A stretch of 64,000 bases of DNA, from contig JAOULX010000015.1 in assembly GCA_029881795.1 (NCBI GenBank), positions 1,810 through 65,809 of the forward strand. The letters are read 5' to 3'. The notes under the pieces are model-generated. The model was not told the origin of the DNA. It was given only the letters and a program-made list of their open reading frames with translations, and searched no databases. Position numbers and translations under genes: made by a program. Below, one piece after another: positions 1 to 10,059 of the stretch. Positions within the stretch are counted from its first letter, which is position 1. Every line of letters starts with the position of its first letter. Origin of the DNA: Gammaproteobacteria bacterium. GTDB taxonomy: Bacteria > Pseudomonadota > Gammaproteobacteria > SZUA-229.

Positions 1-528
1 ATAACCAAGCCAGCTCACTTCAGTCAGCACATCGAGATATACCGCCAGTTGCGATGGCAGCAGCAAGGAGAAACCGAGCATAAATGGCGCCAGCACCATC
101 ATCGCGACAAAGCCCACCAGTGACCTCAGCAGTCTGCGATTCGAGACCTGAAATATACGATTAACAACCGCAGAAAAATGCGCAAAAAACAGACCCGAGG
201 TAAACACCACATAGAGCAAGCCAACCCAGCCCATGTGGCTGGAGTTTTCGATAAAGCCATCAAATAATGCAATCACCTGCTGGCTCTGACCCGGTACCAC
301 AAAACCCATTAGTACCGTCTTCATCTGCTGATAATAACCAGTAAAGACCGGCATCGAGCTGATAACCGAAAATAAAATCCATAATATCGGGATGATTGCA
401 AACAAGGTATAAAAGCTGAGACTGGCTGCCAGAAACGTTAGGTCATCGCTTAGCGGTCGCAGCTCGGAAACGAATACCGAGATACGTTTGCTTTCATTTT
501 TTATATCCTGCCATAAGACCTTATTCAT
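1..528 (-). CDS. yihY: YihY/BrkB-family inner membrane protein (partial; C-terminus beyond window start)
   Basis: I translated the minus strand by hand: MNKVLWQDIKNESKRISVFVSELRPLSDDLTFLAASLSFYTLFAIIPILWILFSVISSMPVF... followed by several hydrophobic helices. This matches the YihY family N-terminal signature (LTFxxLLAxxPLL...FPxF). There is an in-frame stop upstream of the ATG at 526-528. The gene is absent from the ORF track because it runs off the window edge. Confidence 0.6.
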   Translation of the reverse strand, partial: MNKVLWQDIKNESKRISVFVSELRPLSDDLTFLAASLSFYTLFAIIPILWILFSVISSMPVFTGYYQQMKTVLMGFVVPGQSQQVIALFDGFIENSSHMGWVGLLYVVFTSGLFFAHFSAVVNRIFQVSNRRLLRSLVGFVAMMVLAPFMLGFSLLLPSQLAVYLDVLTEVSWLGY

Positions 529-608
529 CCGCTTAGGACCTTTTGTTTTTCTTTTATTATATAGTAACCACAACGATGGCTTATTTGCGTCAATATCACG
601 AGATCCGT

Positions 609-2678
609 ATGAACCTCAAATCCACCAACAATCATCTGCAGGACGAAACCAGCCCGTATTTACAGCAACATAAAGACAATCCGGTAGAATGGTACCCGTG
701 GGGAGAAACGGCATTAGAAAAAGCAAAAACTGAAAACAAACCCATTTTGCTTTCGATTGGCTATTCTGCCTGTCACTGGTGCCATGTCATGGCGCACGAA
801 TCATTCGAAGACCCGGCAACCGCGGCATTAATGAATCAACATTTTATCAATATTAAAGTCGACCGCGAGGAAAGACCAGATCTTGATAAAATTTACCAGA
901 CCACGCATAGCTTATTAACGCACCGCGCTGGTGGCTGGCCATTAACCGTTTTTCTAACACCAGACGAACAAATGCCGATATTTGCCGGCACCTATTTCCC
1001 AAATGAAGCCCGCCATGGCATGCCGGCCTTTACTGAAATCATACAGCGCATTTCACAGGCTTATAAAAATGATATTGGCCAGATTCAGCAACAAAACATC
1101 GCGATCAAAGACGCCTTTAAACAAATTACCGCTCAGAGCGAGAACAGCAGCGACAAACTTTCGGCAATGCCCATTGATATCGCAAAAAATGAGTTAAAGA
1201 AAAACTTTGATGCGGAGCATGGCGGGTTTGGCGCTGCGCCGAAGTTTCCCCACACCAGCCATATTGAGTTTGCTCTAAGACAGTGGTCACAGTCCCTGCG
1301 CCTGCAGCACGAAGATTTCGATATGCTCAATAGCGCCATTTTCAGCTTATCGAAAATGGCAGAAGGCGGCATTTTTGATCAGTTAGGCGGTGGCTTCAGC
1401 CGTTACTCGGTTGATAATAAATGGCAGATTCCGCATTTTGAGAAAATGCTTTATGACAACGGTGCATTACTGAGTCTGTATGCCAGCGCCTATTGCATCG
1501 TTGAAAAAACACTGTTTAGAGACACCGCGATAGACACCGCGGGCTGGGTTATGCGTGAAATGCAGGCTGACGGCGGCGCTTATTATTCCAGCCTCGATGC
1601 CGATTCTGACAATATTGAAGGCAAATTTTATCTGTGGGACCGCGATGAGATTCGCCAACACATTGAACACGATGACTATCTCTACTTTGCCGATTATTAT
1701 GGGCTGACTCTGCCCGCCAATTTTGAAGACAGATCGTGGAATTTATTTAAGGCGATGCCTCTTCAGAGTCTGGCTGACAAATACGCTATCGATATGCCAC
1801 TGTTAAAACAGCGCCTTAAGCACAATCGCCAGCATTTACTGCATATTCGTCATCAACGCACCGCTCCTGCAACCGATGATAAAATCCTGACATCATGGAA
1901 CGCGTTAATGATCCGTGGCATGTCTGTTGCCGGCAGGGTATTTCAGCAACCTGAACTCATTCAATCGGCTGAAAACGCTTTTAACTTTATCAACAATCAG
2001 TTGTGGGACGGAACACAATTATTTGCCAGCCACAAAGACGGCAAAAGCCACTTAAATGGTTATCTCGATGACTATGCTTTTTTACTCGATGCAGCGCTTG
2101 AGTTATTGCAGGCCGAATGGCAGTCATCAATACTGTATTTTGCAACGCAACTGGCCGATAAGTTATTAACTGAATTTGAGGATATGGAACACGGTGGATT
2201 TTATTTTACCGGCCACCATCACGAAAGCCTGATTCTGCGACAAAAAAACTATGCCGATGAAGCAATGCCATCCGGTAATGGAATAGCCGCCATGGCATTG
2301 TTCAAACTGGGACATTTAATAGGCAGCAACCGTTATATTAAATCTGCCGAACGCTGTTTAAAGGCAGCCTTCAACAGTGTTCAGCAGTCGCCAGTTGCCC
2401 ATACCACATTATTACAGGTACTGGATTTATACCTCGAAAATCGCTTACAGACTGTCATTATTCGCGGTGACAAGGCACAGGCCGAGAGCTGGCAGGCACA
2501 ACTTAATCTCCGCTATCAGCCTGAACTACAGTCATTTTATATCCCCGATGACAGCCCTGTGCCGCAGCCACTGGCAGCAAAAACCAGCCAGCAACAGGTC
2601 TGTGCCTATCTGTGTCAGGGCAGCAGTTGTCAGGCCCCGCTGTTCTCTCTGCCGGAGCTACTCAGTCAGTTATCATGA
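609..2678 (+). CDS. DUF255 thioredoxin-domain protein (YyaL-like), thioredoxin fold plus six-hairpin glycosidase-like domain
   Basis: Taken from the 711-aa ORF, this contains [21 protein letters not shown]...[16 protein letters not shown], the hallmark DUF255/YyaL N-terminus with a CxxC-like thioredoxin motif. I chose the start at 609 ([18 protein letters not shown]) by homology spacing; alternatives are ATG 576 or 543. Confidence 0.8.
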   Translation: MNLKSTNNHLQDETSPYLQQHKDNPVEWYPWGETALEKAKTENKPILLSIGYSACHWCHVMAHESFEDPATAALMNQHFINIKVDREERPDLDKIYQTTHSLLTHRAGGWPLTVFLTPDEQMPIFAGTYFPNEARHGMPAFTEIIQRISQAYKNDIGQIQQQNIAIKDAFKQITAQSENSSDKLSAMPIDIAKNELKKNFDAEHGGFGAAPKFPHTSHIEFALRQWSQSLRLQHEDFDMLNSAIFSLSKMAEGGIFDQLGGGFSRYSVDNKWQIPHFEKMLYDNGALLSLYASAYCIVEKTLFRDTAIDTAGWVMREMQADGGAYYSSLDADSDNIEGKFYLWDRDEIRQHIEHDDYLYFADYYGLTLPANFEDRSWNLFKAMPLQSLADKYAIDMPLLKQRLKHNRQHLLHIRHQRTAPATDDKILTSWNALMIRGMSVAGRVFQQPELIQSAENAFNFINNQLWDGTQLFASHKDGKSHLNGYLDDYAFLLDAALELLQAEWQSSILYFATQLADKLLTEFEDMEHGGFYFTGHHHESLILRQKNYADEAMPSGNGIAAMALFKLGHLIGSNRYIKSAERCLKAAFNSVQQSPVAHTTLLQVLDLYLENRLQTVIIRGDKAQAESWQAQLNLRYQPELQSFYIPDDSPVPQPLAAKTSQQQVCAYLCQGSSCQAPLFSLPELLSQLS

Positions 2679-3064
2679 AAAATGCCTATAAAGATTGCCG
2701 ACCTTACCGGACCAAAGACAACTCCGAAATACGTGAACTGTTACACCCGGCCAATAACAGCTCGCTAAAAAACCAGAGTTTGGCAGAAGCTCGGGTGGCC
2801 ACAGGCGAAAAGACGCGCTGTCATTTTCACAAGCAAAGCGAAGAAATTTATTTTATTTTAAAAGGAAAAGGCAGGATGTTTATCGACAATACGTCGTTTG
2901 ATGTCACTGCAGGGGACAGCATCTTAATAGCTCCCAGCGCCCTTCACTGTATCGAAAACAGCGGCTCTTGTACGCTGGTTTTCCTGTGCTGCTGCGCTCC
3001 CGCCTACCAGCATGACGACACCTATTTTATCAATGATAAAAAACAGCCAGGCAGCGCACTATGA
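2675..3064 (+). CDS. cupin-domain protein
   Basis: The ORF 2612-3064 includes ...[45 protein letters not shown], a cupin-2 beta-barrel motif. The likely start MKNAYK at 2675 overlaps the upstream stop by 4 nt (ATGA). Confidence 0.65.
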   Translation: MKNAYKDCRPYRTKDNSEIRELLHPANNSSLKNQSLAEARVATGEKTRCHFHKQSEEIYFILKGKGRMFIDNTSFDVTAGDSILIAPSALHCIENSGSCTLVFLCCCAPAYQHDDTYFINDKKQPGSAL

Positions 3065-3073
3065 TGATTTAGA

Positions 3074-4186
3074 TTATTGCTCTGCTGCCTGCTCCGGCTC
3101 GACATACTTATCTTTCACTTCAATAATCAGATCCAGATTTTCTATAAAATATTCCACCAGCACAGGATCAAAGTGGGCGCCCGATCCTTCTTTAATCAGT
3201 GCCACTGCATCGTCAACTGTCCAGGCTTTTTTATAAGGCCGCTCTGAGGTCAGCGCATCAAACACATCCGCCAGTGCTGAAATACGTCCCACCAGTGGAA
3301 TGGCCTCACCTTTAAGGCCGTCAGGATAGCCGCTGCCATCCCACTTTTCATGGTGTGTCAGCGCAATTTCTCTGGCCATGGCCATCATCGGTGAGTCATC
3401 TCCCGACAAGATATCTGCACCTATTCTGGCGTGCGTCTTCATAATCTCCCATTCTTCCGGTTCAAACTTTCCGGGCTTTAACAGAATCTGATCGGGCACA
3501 CCGATTTTACCGATATCATGCATCGGGCTGGCATTTAATAACAAGTCCAAATCATCTTCAGACATTCCTGCTGCACGGCCTAGTATCACCGAGATATAAC
3601 TCATACGAATAATATGTAAACCGGTCTCATTATCTCTGTATTCTGCCGCACGCCCTAGACGTCTGACCACCTGTAACCGGCTTTCATGTAATTGCTGATG
3701 CGCCTCAACTAACTCTCGGGTACGTTCCTGAACAATTTCTTCCAGCTGTTTATTTTGCTGTCTCAGCAGCGACTGTGCCTGCCGTATCTCCATCTGGTTT
3801 CTGACTCGGGCCAGCAGCTCATTCACTACAAAAGGCTTGGTGACAAAATCACGAGCCCCCAAGTCCAGTGCTTTTTGGCGATATTCCTGCGCTTGTTGCG
3901 CCGTCAGAACCAGTACCGGCGGTAAAAACTCATCTTGCAGCGCCATCAGCGCTGCAATCAGCTCAAAACCGTCCATTACCGGCATGTTTAAATCAATTAA
4001 AAATAAATCAGCGCCGCTTTGTTTATAGATTTCGACCACGGTTGTCGGGTCTTCAATTAAAGTCACCCGGTTATATCCGCCGACCTCCAGTACCCGCTCG
4101 ACCAGCTTCAGATTGGGCGCCTCATCATCAACCACAATAATATGGCCGGCTTTTAGATCTTCATTAATTAATAATTCTTGATTCAC
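3074..4186 (-). CDS. two-component response regulator, receiver + HD-GYP phosphodiesterase domain (RpfG-like)
   Basis: N-terminal receiver (IIVVDDEAPNLKLV...DLFLIDLNMPVMDG) and C-terminal HD-GYP signature (MHDIG...HHEKWDGSGYPDGL). Confidence 0.85.
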   Translation of the reverse strand: MNQELLINEDLKAGHIIVVDDEAPNLKLVERVLEVGGYNRVTLIEDPTTVVEIYKQSGADLFLIDLNMPVMDGFELIAALMALQDEFLPPVLVLTAQQAQEYRQKALDLGARDFVTKPFVVNELLARVRNQMEIRQAQSLLRQQNKQLEEIVQERTRELVEAHQQLHESRLQVVRRLGRAAEYRDNETGLHIIRMSYISVILGRAAGMSEDDLDLLLNASPMHDIGKIGVPDQILLKPGKFEPEEWEIMKTHARIGADILSGDDSPMMAMAREIALTHHEKWDGSGYPDGLKGEAIPLVGRISALADVFDALTSERPYKKAWTVDDAVALIKEGSGAHFDPVLVEYFIENLDLIIEVKDKYVEPEQAAEQ

Positions 4187-4228
4187 TGCTTAGTCCATCT
4201 TGGTCGTCATTATTAAAATGCAACGTCT

Positions 4229-7200
4229 TTATATTTTTAATAACTGTCGTACTGAGTCTAGCAACAATTTGACATTTATGGGCTTGGTTATGTATTCATT
4301 GAAGCCCGCTTTGATACCTTTTTCTCTATCGGCCGGCAAGGAATTGGCGGTGATGGCGATCACCGGGTAATCTTTTCCGAACATTTTGTGAATTTCTTCT
4401 AACACGCTGAAACCGCTCATTCCGGGCAAGTTGATATCCAGTAGCACAAGATCCGGTTTACGCTTTGCCAGAAGATCTAATCCCAGTAACGGCTCCATTG
4501 CGGTTGATAGATGCAGATTCTTTTGCCGCGAGAAAACTTGCGCCATTAAACGAATGTTTGCCGGATTATCTTCGATATACAGAATATTATAATGACCGTC
4601 TTTATTTTCCAGTGTGTCATCAGTCTTATCAGTTTCTCTGATTGATTCAATATAATCCTCATTAAGCGTATTTAACTCAACCGTAAACGTTGTACCTTCA
4701 CCAAGCTGACTACGACAACTGATTCCGCCGCCCATCATCTCGATCAGATTTTTGGTAATCACAAGTCCAATTCCGGTACCTTCGACTTCCGAGTCTTCAA
4801 AACCAAAGCGAGTAAATGGCTTAAATAAATCCTTCAAATGCTCTTCAGATAACCCCTTACCGGTATCGCTAATTTCAAGGCGACAGCTTTCATCGGAAAC
4901 CAGATCATAACTAATTGTAATACTCCCTTTCAGGGAATTATATTTTACCGCATTGCTCAGTAAATTTAGTATCACCTGCTTTAATCGCCGCTTATCTGCT
5001 AGGATAACAAAGTCCATCACCGCGCTGCCCATATCATGCAGCAACTTACCCGCCTCATAGACAACAATATCAATTTCATTTTCTTCGGCCAGCGGCGAGA
5101 TCATCTGGATGCACTCATCAATAATTTCCGCTAGCAATACCTGCTCGATGAGTACCTGAGTCTGACCGGCTTCGATTTTAGATAAGTCCAGCACCTCATT
5201 AATTAATTCTAATAAATGCCGAGCCGCTCTTAAGAGCTCAGCGATATTATCTTTTTGCATGTCATCCTGGCTTAATGACAACTCCATTTGCAATAACTGG
5301 CCAAAGCCAATAATTGCATTCAACGGCGTTCTTAATTCATGACTCATGCTCGCTAAAAAGCGTGTCTTGGCCTTGTTGGCCTTTTCTGCCTGTTCTTTGG
5401 CATTGATCAGTTCAGCTTCAACCCGTTTACGTTCAGTAATATCTTTAAACGTAATAACAGTACCACTGACCTCACTACCATGCCGTATTGGCATACCCGC
5501 ATATTCAACGGCAATGACATCACCATCGACACATTTGAAATCTGTTTCAGTCAGCCTGTTTTCTTCAGTCAGCAGAAAATCATTATCGGCCTTAAACTCA
5601 GCGGCGACTGGCAGAATCAGATCCGATACCCGCTGTCCTAATACCTCTTGCTGGTCGTATCCCAGAATCGCGCAGGCCGCCTGATTGACGAAAGTTGCCC
5701 GCCCCTGTTGATCAAGTCCAAACATGCCTTCACTCATCGAATCCAGTTGCGAACGCATCAGCTGTTCTGAATAACTCAGTTGCTCCATGATGCTTTTACG
5801 CAAGGTAATATCCCTCACCACACCTAACATATGAAGCGCTTTTCCCTGGCTGTTTTTAATCACAGTTCCACTTTCATGTAGCCAATGTACGGAGCCATCA
5901 GGCCATATTACGCGGTGCTCTAAATCATATCCTGTAGCATCGTCAATACATGCCCTGATCGATTCTTCGACATAGTCTTTATCATCTGGATGTATGGCTT
6001 TATCAAAGGCTTCATATGTGTATTCAACAGCGCCGTCTTTATAACCAAATAAAGATGCCGCTATTTCAGACCATAACACGGTATCTGTCTCAAGGTTCCA
6101 GTCCCAGGTTCCGATTCCGGCAACTTTCTGGCTCAGCGATAAACGCTGTTCGTTGATTCTTATCCGCGTAATATCTGTTCTCACCGATACATACTGATAT
6201 GGTAAACCCTGCTCATCCATAAAAGGAACAATGGTTGAGTCAACCCAGTATTCTTCTCCTTGCTTATTATGGTTACAAATCACTCCGTGCCAGATATTAC
6301 CGCCAGAGATAACATGCCAGATATCGTCGTAAAAACTTTGCGGGTGCATGCCGGACTTCAATAACCGGTGATTTTGTCCAATCAGTTCGTGCTCTAAGTA
6401 GCCACTGATTTCACAGAATTTATCATTGATATAAATAATATCTCCGTTTACATCGGTGATACTGACGATTGCATGCTGATCAATCGTCAGTCGCTGTTGC
6501 TCTCCCAGTAAGTGGGCTTTATTAAGCGCCTGATGCAGTTTATTTGAATGCCTTGCGTATTTAAGGCGGGAGCCAATAGCTGCCATAAAATGCTCAGGCA
6601 CCACCGGTTTTACAATAAAAAACTCGCCACCAAACTTTAACGCCTCCTGTTGACGCTCGGCATTGGACTCTGATGAAAGGAAAATAATCGGCACGTAGGT
6701 ATATTTATCAATCTGCCTAATCACCTGCGACAGTTCAACGCCATTGATCTCTGGCATTTCAACATCCAGCAGCACCAGATCCGGCTTAAACGCATCCATC
6801 ACATCAAGACATTGCATCGGCTCACTTAAACGCCTGACTTCGATACCCTGCTGCTCCAGCAATATCGAGTGGTACTCCATCGTCACGGTATCATCATCGA
6901 CGACCAGAACCCGATAGGAGTCCGCATTAACTGATTGAATCATGTCCGCTATCGACGCAAGCAATGCAGAACGATCCAGCGGTTTGCTCAGACACTGCGA
7001 GCAGCCTTGCCTGATAGCCAACAAACGTTGCTTAATATCAGTATGCGTAGACACGCCGATTATTGCCAGTCCTTCTGTACTCAGCGCAGACAGAGACAGC
7101 TGATTGCTTTGAATAAAATCGTAATCGACGATCAGGACATCAGGCCTGCTGTTTTGTATACCCTGCTTCAGAGACTCAATAGTTTCAAACCCAGAGAATT

Positions 7201-7297
7201 GATAGGGTTGCCCCTGCAACAGAGAAGCAATATCAGCCGCCTCGTTAGCATCCAAAGCATAGATACTAGGCATTTTATTTAATGGAAGATTAACCAT
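4229..7297 (-). CDS. hybrid sensor histidine kinase (pseudo-REC, REC, 3x PAS/PAC, HisKA, HATPase, C-terminal REC)
   Basis: Receiver motifs (RVLVVDDD...DLVLLDVEMPEINGVEL; NILYIEDNPANI...DLVLLDINLPGMSG), H-box SHELRTPLNAIIGFGQLL, N/G boxes (NLLSNAVKYN, DTGKGL, GTGIGL) and PAS-like repeats in between. Confidence 0.85.
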   Translation of the reverse strand: MVNLPLNKMPSIYALDANEAADIASLLQGQPYQFSGFETIESLKQGIQNSRPDVLIVDYDFIQSNQLSLSALSTEGLAIIGVSTHTDIKQRLLAIRQGCSQCLSKPLDRSALLASIADMIQSVNADSYRVLVVDDDTVTMEYHSILLEQQGIEVRRLSEPMQCLDVMDAFKPDLVLLDVEMPEINGVELSQVIRQIDKYTYVPIIFLSSESNAERQQEALKFGGEFFIVKPVVPEHFMAAIGSRLKYARHSNKLHQALNKAHLLGEQQRLTIDQHAIVSITDVNGDIIYINDKFCEISGYLEHELIGQNHRLLKSGMHPQSFYDDIWHVISGGNIWHGVICNHNKQGEEYWVDSTIVPFMDEQGLPYQYVSVRTDITRIRINEQRLSLSQKVAGIGTWDWNLETDTVLWSEIAASLFGYKDGAVEYTYEAFDKAIHPDDKDYVEESIRACIDDATGYDLEHRVIWPDGSVHWLHESGTVIKNSQGKALHMLGVVRDITLRKSIMEQLSYSEQLMRSQLDSMSEGMFGLDQQGRATFVNQAACAILGYDQQEVLGQRVSDLILPVAAEFKADNDFLLTEENRLTETDFKCVDGDVIAVEYAGMPIRHGSEVSGTVITFKDITERKRVEAELINAKEQAEKANKAKTRFLASMSHELRTPLNAIIGFGQLLQMELSLSQDDMQKDNIAELLRAARHLLELINEVLDLSKIEAGQTQVLIEQVLLAEIIDECIQMISPLAEENEIDIVVYEAGKLLHDMGSAVMDFVILADKRRLKQVILNLLSNAVKYNSLKGSITISYDLVSDESCRLEISDTGKGLSEEHLKDLFKPFTRFGFEDSEVEGTGIGLVITKNLIEMMGGGISCRSQLGEGTTFTVELNTLNEDYIESIRETDKTDDTLENKDGHYNILYIEDNPANIRLMAQVFSRQKNLHLSTAMEPLLGLDLLAKRKPDLVLLDINLPGMSGFSVLEEIHKMFGKDYPVIAITANSLPADREKGIKAGFNEYITKPINVKLLLDSVRQLLKI

Positions 7298-7494
7298 ATT
7301 TACAAATCAATTTAAGCATACCAATTAAAAAAGAAGGCAGAAGCACTGTTTATTAAACTTTAATAGTAGGATAGCAGATAAATGTGAGTATTTACCGTAA
7401 AACAAAATTCACAAAATTACTACAATGTACAAATTCATCAGCTATATTTAGATTACTAGTGACTCACCAATAAATAAAATGACACTGCTCTGAT

Positions 7495-8154
7495 ATGCAC
7501 CATATTTTAATATTAAATACCAAAGGCGGCTGCGGAAAGACCACAATTTCCGTCAACATTGCCAGCTTCTTTGCCTGCTGGGGAGTACCGGTTGCGTTAG
7601 CCGATTATGACAAACAGCACTCCAGCACAGACTGGCTGCGTTTGCGCCCAAAAGACAAACCCAGAATAATTTCCGTTGCCGCCTGGCAAGAAGATTATCA
7701 CATACCCGATGAAGCCGATTATGTGATAATGGATACACCCGCAGGCATGGATTCTGAAAATATGCTGTCCTTGCTTAAACAGGCCGATACCATTTTGATT
7801 CCTATCCTGCCCTCACCTCTGGATATTCGTGCAGCAGGGCGTTTAATACATGACATCATGCAAGACTATAACAAACTGCCGAACAAACCCAGAATCGGTA
7901 TTATTGCCAACCGAGTTCGCAGACAAACAAAAATTTATGATTCTCTGAAACGATTTATTCAAAAACTTGATATCGACTTCATTGCTTCATTACGCGACAC
8001 CCAGAATTATATAACCACTACCGATGTTGGCATCAGTTTATTTGAACTACCTAACTGGCAAAAAAAGAAAGACCTGACAGGCTGGTGCCAGCTCATAAAC
8101 TGGATCAATCACAACCAAATATTTGAAGCTCCAACCCTGGAAGACACCGCTTAA
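7495..8154 (+). CDS. small orphan ParA/MinD-family P-loop ATPase (deviant Walker A)
   Basis: ILILNTKGGCGKTTISVNIA...VIMDTPAG, about 219 aa. No adjacent parB-like gene. The gene is convergent with cheD, 12 bp apart. Confidence 0.75.
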   Translation: MHHILILNTKGGCGKTTISVNIASFFACWGVPVALADYDKQHSSTDWLRLRPKDKPRIISVAAWQEDYHIPDEADYVIMDTPAGMDSENMLSLLKQADTILIPILPSPLDIRAAGRLIHDIMQDYNKLPNKPRIGIIANRVRRQTKIYDSLKRFIQKLDIDFIASLRDTQNYITTTDVGISLFELPNWQKKKDLTGWCQLINWINHNQIFEAPTLEDTA

Positions 8155-8166
8155 AAACCCAGACCA

Positions 8167-8661
8167 TCAAAGCCACTTTTGCTGTCTAACATCAAGCCCC
8201 TGAACCTTAATCACACCCTCGAATAAATCCAGCGTAATTCTGCGTGAAACACTACCACCCAATGCTTCATGAGATATTTTAAACCCATGTTTAGCAAGCA
8301 ACTGATATGCTAGCCTTAAGTTTTGTTTTCCTATACTTTTTTCATCCGTTGGCACTACCTCGCCAAACATATCGCCAGCACCATAAACACCGACTGCCAT
8401 TTGCTCTGGCGTCAAACCAAAATCACTCAGACTTTCCATGAACATTTGAATCGCTTCTTCACCATAACTGCCATCTAATTGTGCTTGCGGTTGTATTTGT
8501 GTGCCACCAGGCCGGTGCGGTAATTTATAATGACACATGCCCCCGACTTTACTGTTGCTATCCCACATCGTGATAGCAACGCAGGACCCCAGTAATGTTT
8601 TTATATAACGGTGTTCATTACCAAAATAAAACTCTCCTGGCAGTAAGACAATTTCAGGCAT
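8167..8661 (-). CDS. cheD: chemoreceptor glutamine deamidase CheD
   Basis: 164 aa. The N-terminus MPEIVLLPGEFYFG...LLGSCVAITMWD is typical of CheD. It lies directly downstream of cheR. Confidence 0.8.
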   Translation of the reverse strand: MPEIVLLPGEFYFGNEHRYIKTLLGSCVAITMWDSNSKVGGMCHYKLPHRPGGTQIQPQAQLDGSYGEEAIQMFMESLSDFGLTPEQMAVGVYGAGDMFGEVVPTDEKSIGKQNLRLAYQLLAKHGFKISHEALGGSVSRRITLDLFEGVIKVQGLDVRQQKWL

Positions 8662-8667
8662 AACAAC

Positions 8668-9477
8668 TCATTTCTCAAGCCTGTAAACAGACGGTTTAAC
8701 CATGACAAGTTTCTTTGTTACAGTGTTTAATGTTTCAGAATGACCAATGATCAGATACCCCCCAGGATACAGCCGCGTGATAAGCTGATCGATCAGTTTA
8801 ACTTTTGTATCATGATCAAAATAGATCATAACATTTCTCAACATTATCAGGTCAAACTTATCCACATCTGGCATATTGCCATTTAAGTTCATGTGCTTGA
8901 ATTTAATCTGGCTAAGCAGTTTTTTATCAATCAGCATCACACCTTTTTGTGAGCGAACACCTTTTAAACAATATTTAAGCAGCAAATCCCGAGGAATTTT
9001 ATCGGCCTCCTGCAGTGAATAAGTTGCTAACTGAGCCGTTTGTAACATCCGCGAACTGATGTCCGTAGCCAACATTTCCCAGCGACCCGAACCCAGCTTG
9101 TTGTCCAGCACCATAGCCAGAGAATATGGCTCAGCCCCGTTTGAGCAGGCCGCACTCCAGCAGCGAAAACGGCTACCCCTGAATGAGCGTAGAATATCAT
9201 CCTCTAAATACTCAAAATGTTTAGGCTCTCTGAAAAAATACGTTTCATTGGTTGTTAACAAATCAATTAACAGTTGTTTTTCAGTGGAGTACTCGGGCTT
9301 ATGAACCAGATCGAAATAGTCGTTAAAACGACTAAAACCATAATGTCGCAATCGTTTAGTCAAGCGGTTATTAACCAGTTGTTTTTTAGAATCAGCCATA
9401 CTAATACCGGCCTGATCAAATATAAAACTCTGGAATTTCTTAAACTCTTTATCTGTTATGTCAAACGCTTTCATCAA
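8668..9477 (-). CDS. cheR: chemotaxis protein methyltransferase CheR
   Basis: 269 aa, SAM-dependent methyltransferase fold (FFREPKHFEYL...RFRCWSAACSNGAEPYSLAMVL), in a che operon. Confidence 0.85.
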   Translation of the reverse strand: MMKAFDITDKEFKKFQSFIFDQAGISMADSKKQLVNNRLTKRLRHYGFSRFNDYFDLVHKPEYSTEKQLLIDLLTTNETYFFREPKHFEYLEDDILRSFRGSRFRCWSAACSNGAEPYSLAMVLDNKLGSGRWEMLATDISSRMLQTAQLATYSLQEADKIPRDLLLKYCLKGVRSQKGVMLIDKKLLSQIKFKHMNLNGNMPDVDKFDLIMLRNVMIYFDHDTKVKLIDQLITRLYPGGYLIIGHSETLNTVTKKLVMVKPSVYRLEK

Positions 9478-9511
9478 AGCACCGAGGAGAGCAATAAAGC
9501 ATCATAATTCA

Positions 9512-10039
9512 CTAGTCTGCTTCTGCAGCCGCCACGTCATTTATAACAGATAACTCTTCTATAGAAAGCACATGATCAATATTTAATAGCACCACAAATT
9601 TTTCAGCTACTTTACCCATTCCTTGAATAAAGTCTGTTCGGATTTTTGCACCGAAGTTTGGCGCGGCCTCAATATTCTCAGGCACTATATCGATCACTTC
9701 ATTAACCGCATCAACCACTATACCAATTTCAATACTTTCTTCTTCATGCACTATCTCAATAATGACAACACATGTTCTTTTACCAACCTCAGTAGTTTTT
9801 TTACCAAGGCGCAATGACAAATCAACCACTGGAACCACGCTGCCCCGCAAGTTAATTACCCCGCGAATAAAATCCGGCATCATCGGCACCGTCGTCGGCT
9901 CATGGTATTCGAGAATTTCTTTAATCACCAGGATACTGACGCCGTAATTTTCCCCACCCAATACAAAAGTAAGGTACTGATTGGCATCGCCTGCTGCACT
10001 GTCATCGTGAGATGTTTCCACTGTCGTAATATCTTTCAT
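9512..10039 (-). CDS. cheW: chemotaxis coupling protein CheW
   Basis: 175 aa. QYLTFVLGGENYGVSILVIKEILEY...VINLRGSVVPVVDL matches the CheW consensus. Confidence 0.85.
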   Translation of the reverse strand: MKDITTVETSHDDSAAGDANQYLTFVLGGENYGVSILVIKEILEYHEPTTVPMMPDFIRGVINLRGSVVPVVDLSLRLGKKTTEVGKRTCVVIIEIVHEEESIEIGIVVDAVNEVIDIVPENIEAAPNFGAKIRTDFIQGMGKVAEKFVVLLNIDHVLSIEELSVINDVAAAEAD

Positions 10040-10059
10040 AACTTTATCCGCCCTATTGA

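Noticed and set aside
488-673. 61-aa plus-strand ORF at the start of the window
   Set aside because: It lies antisense to, and overlaps, the start of the convincing YihY-like minus-strand gene and the divergent promoter region. It has no recognisable features and is most likely spurious.
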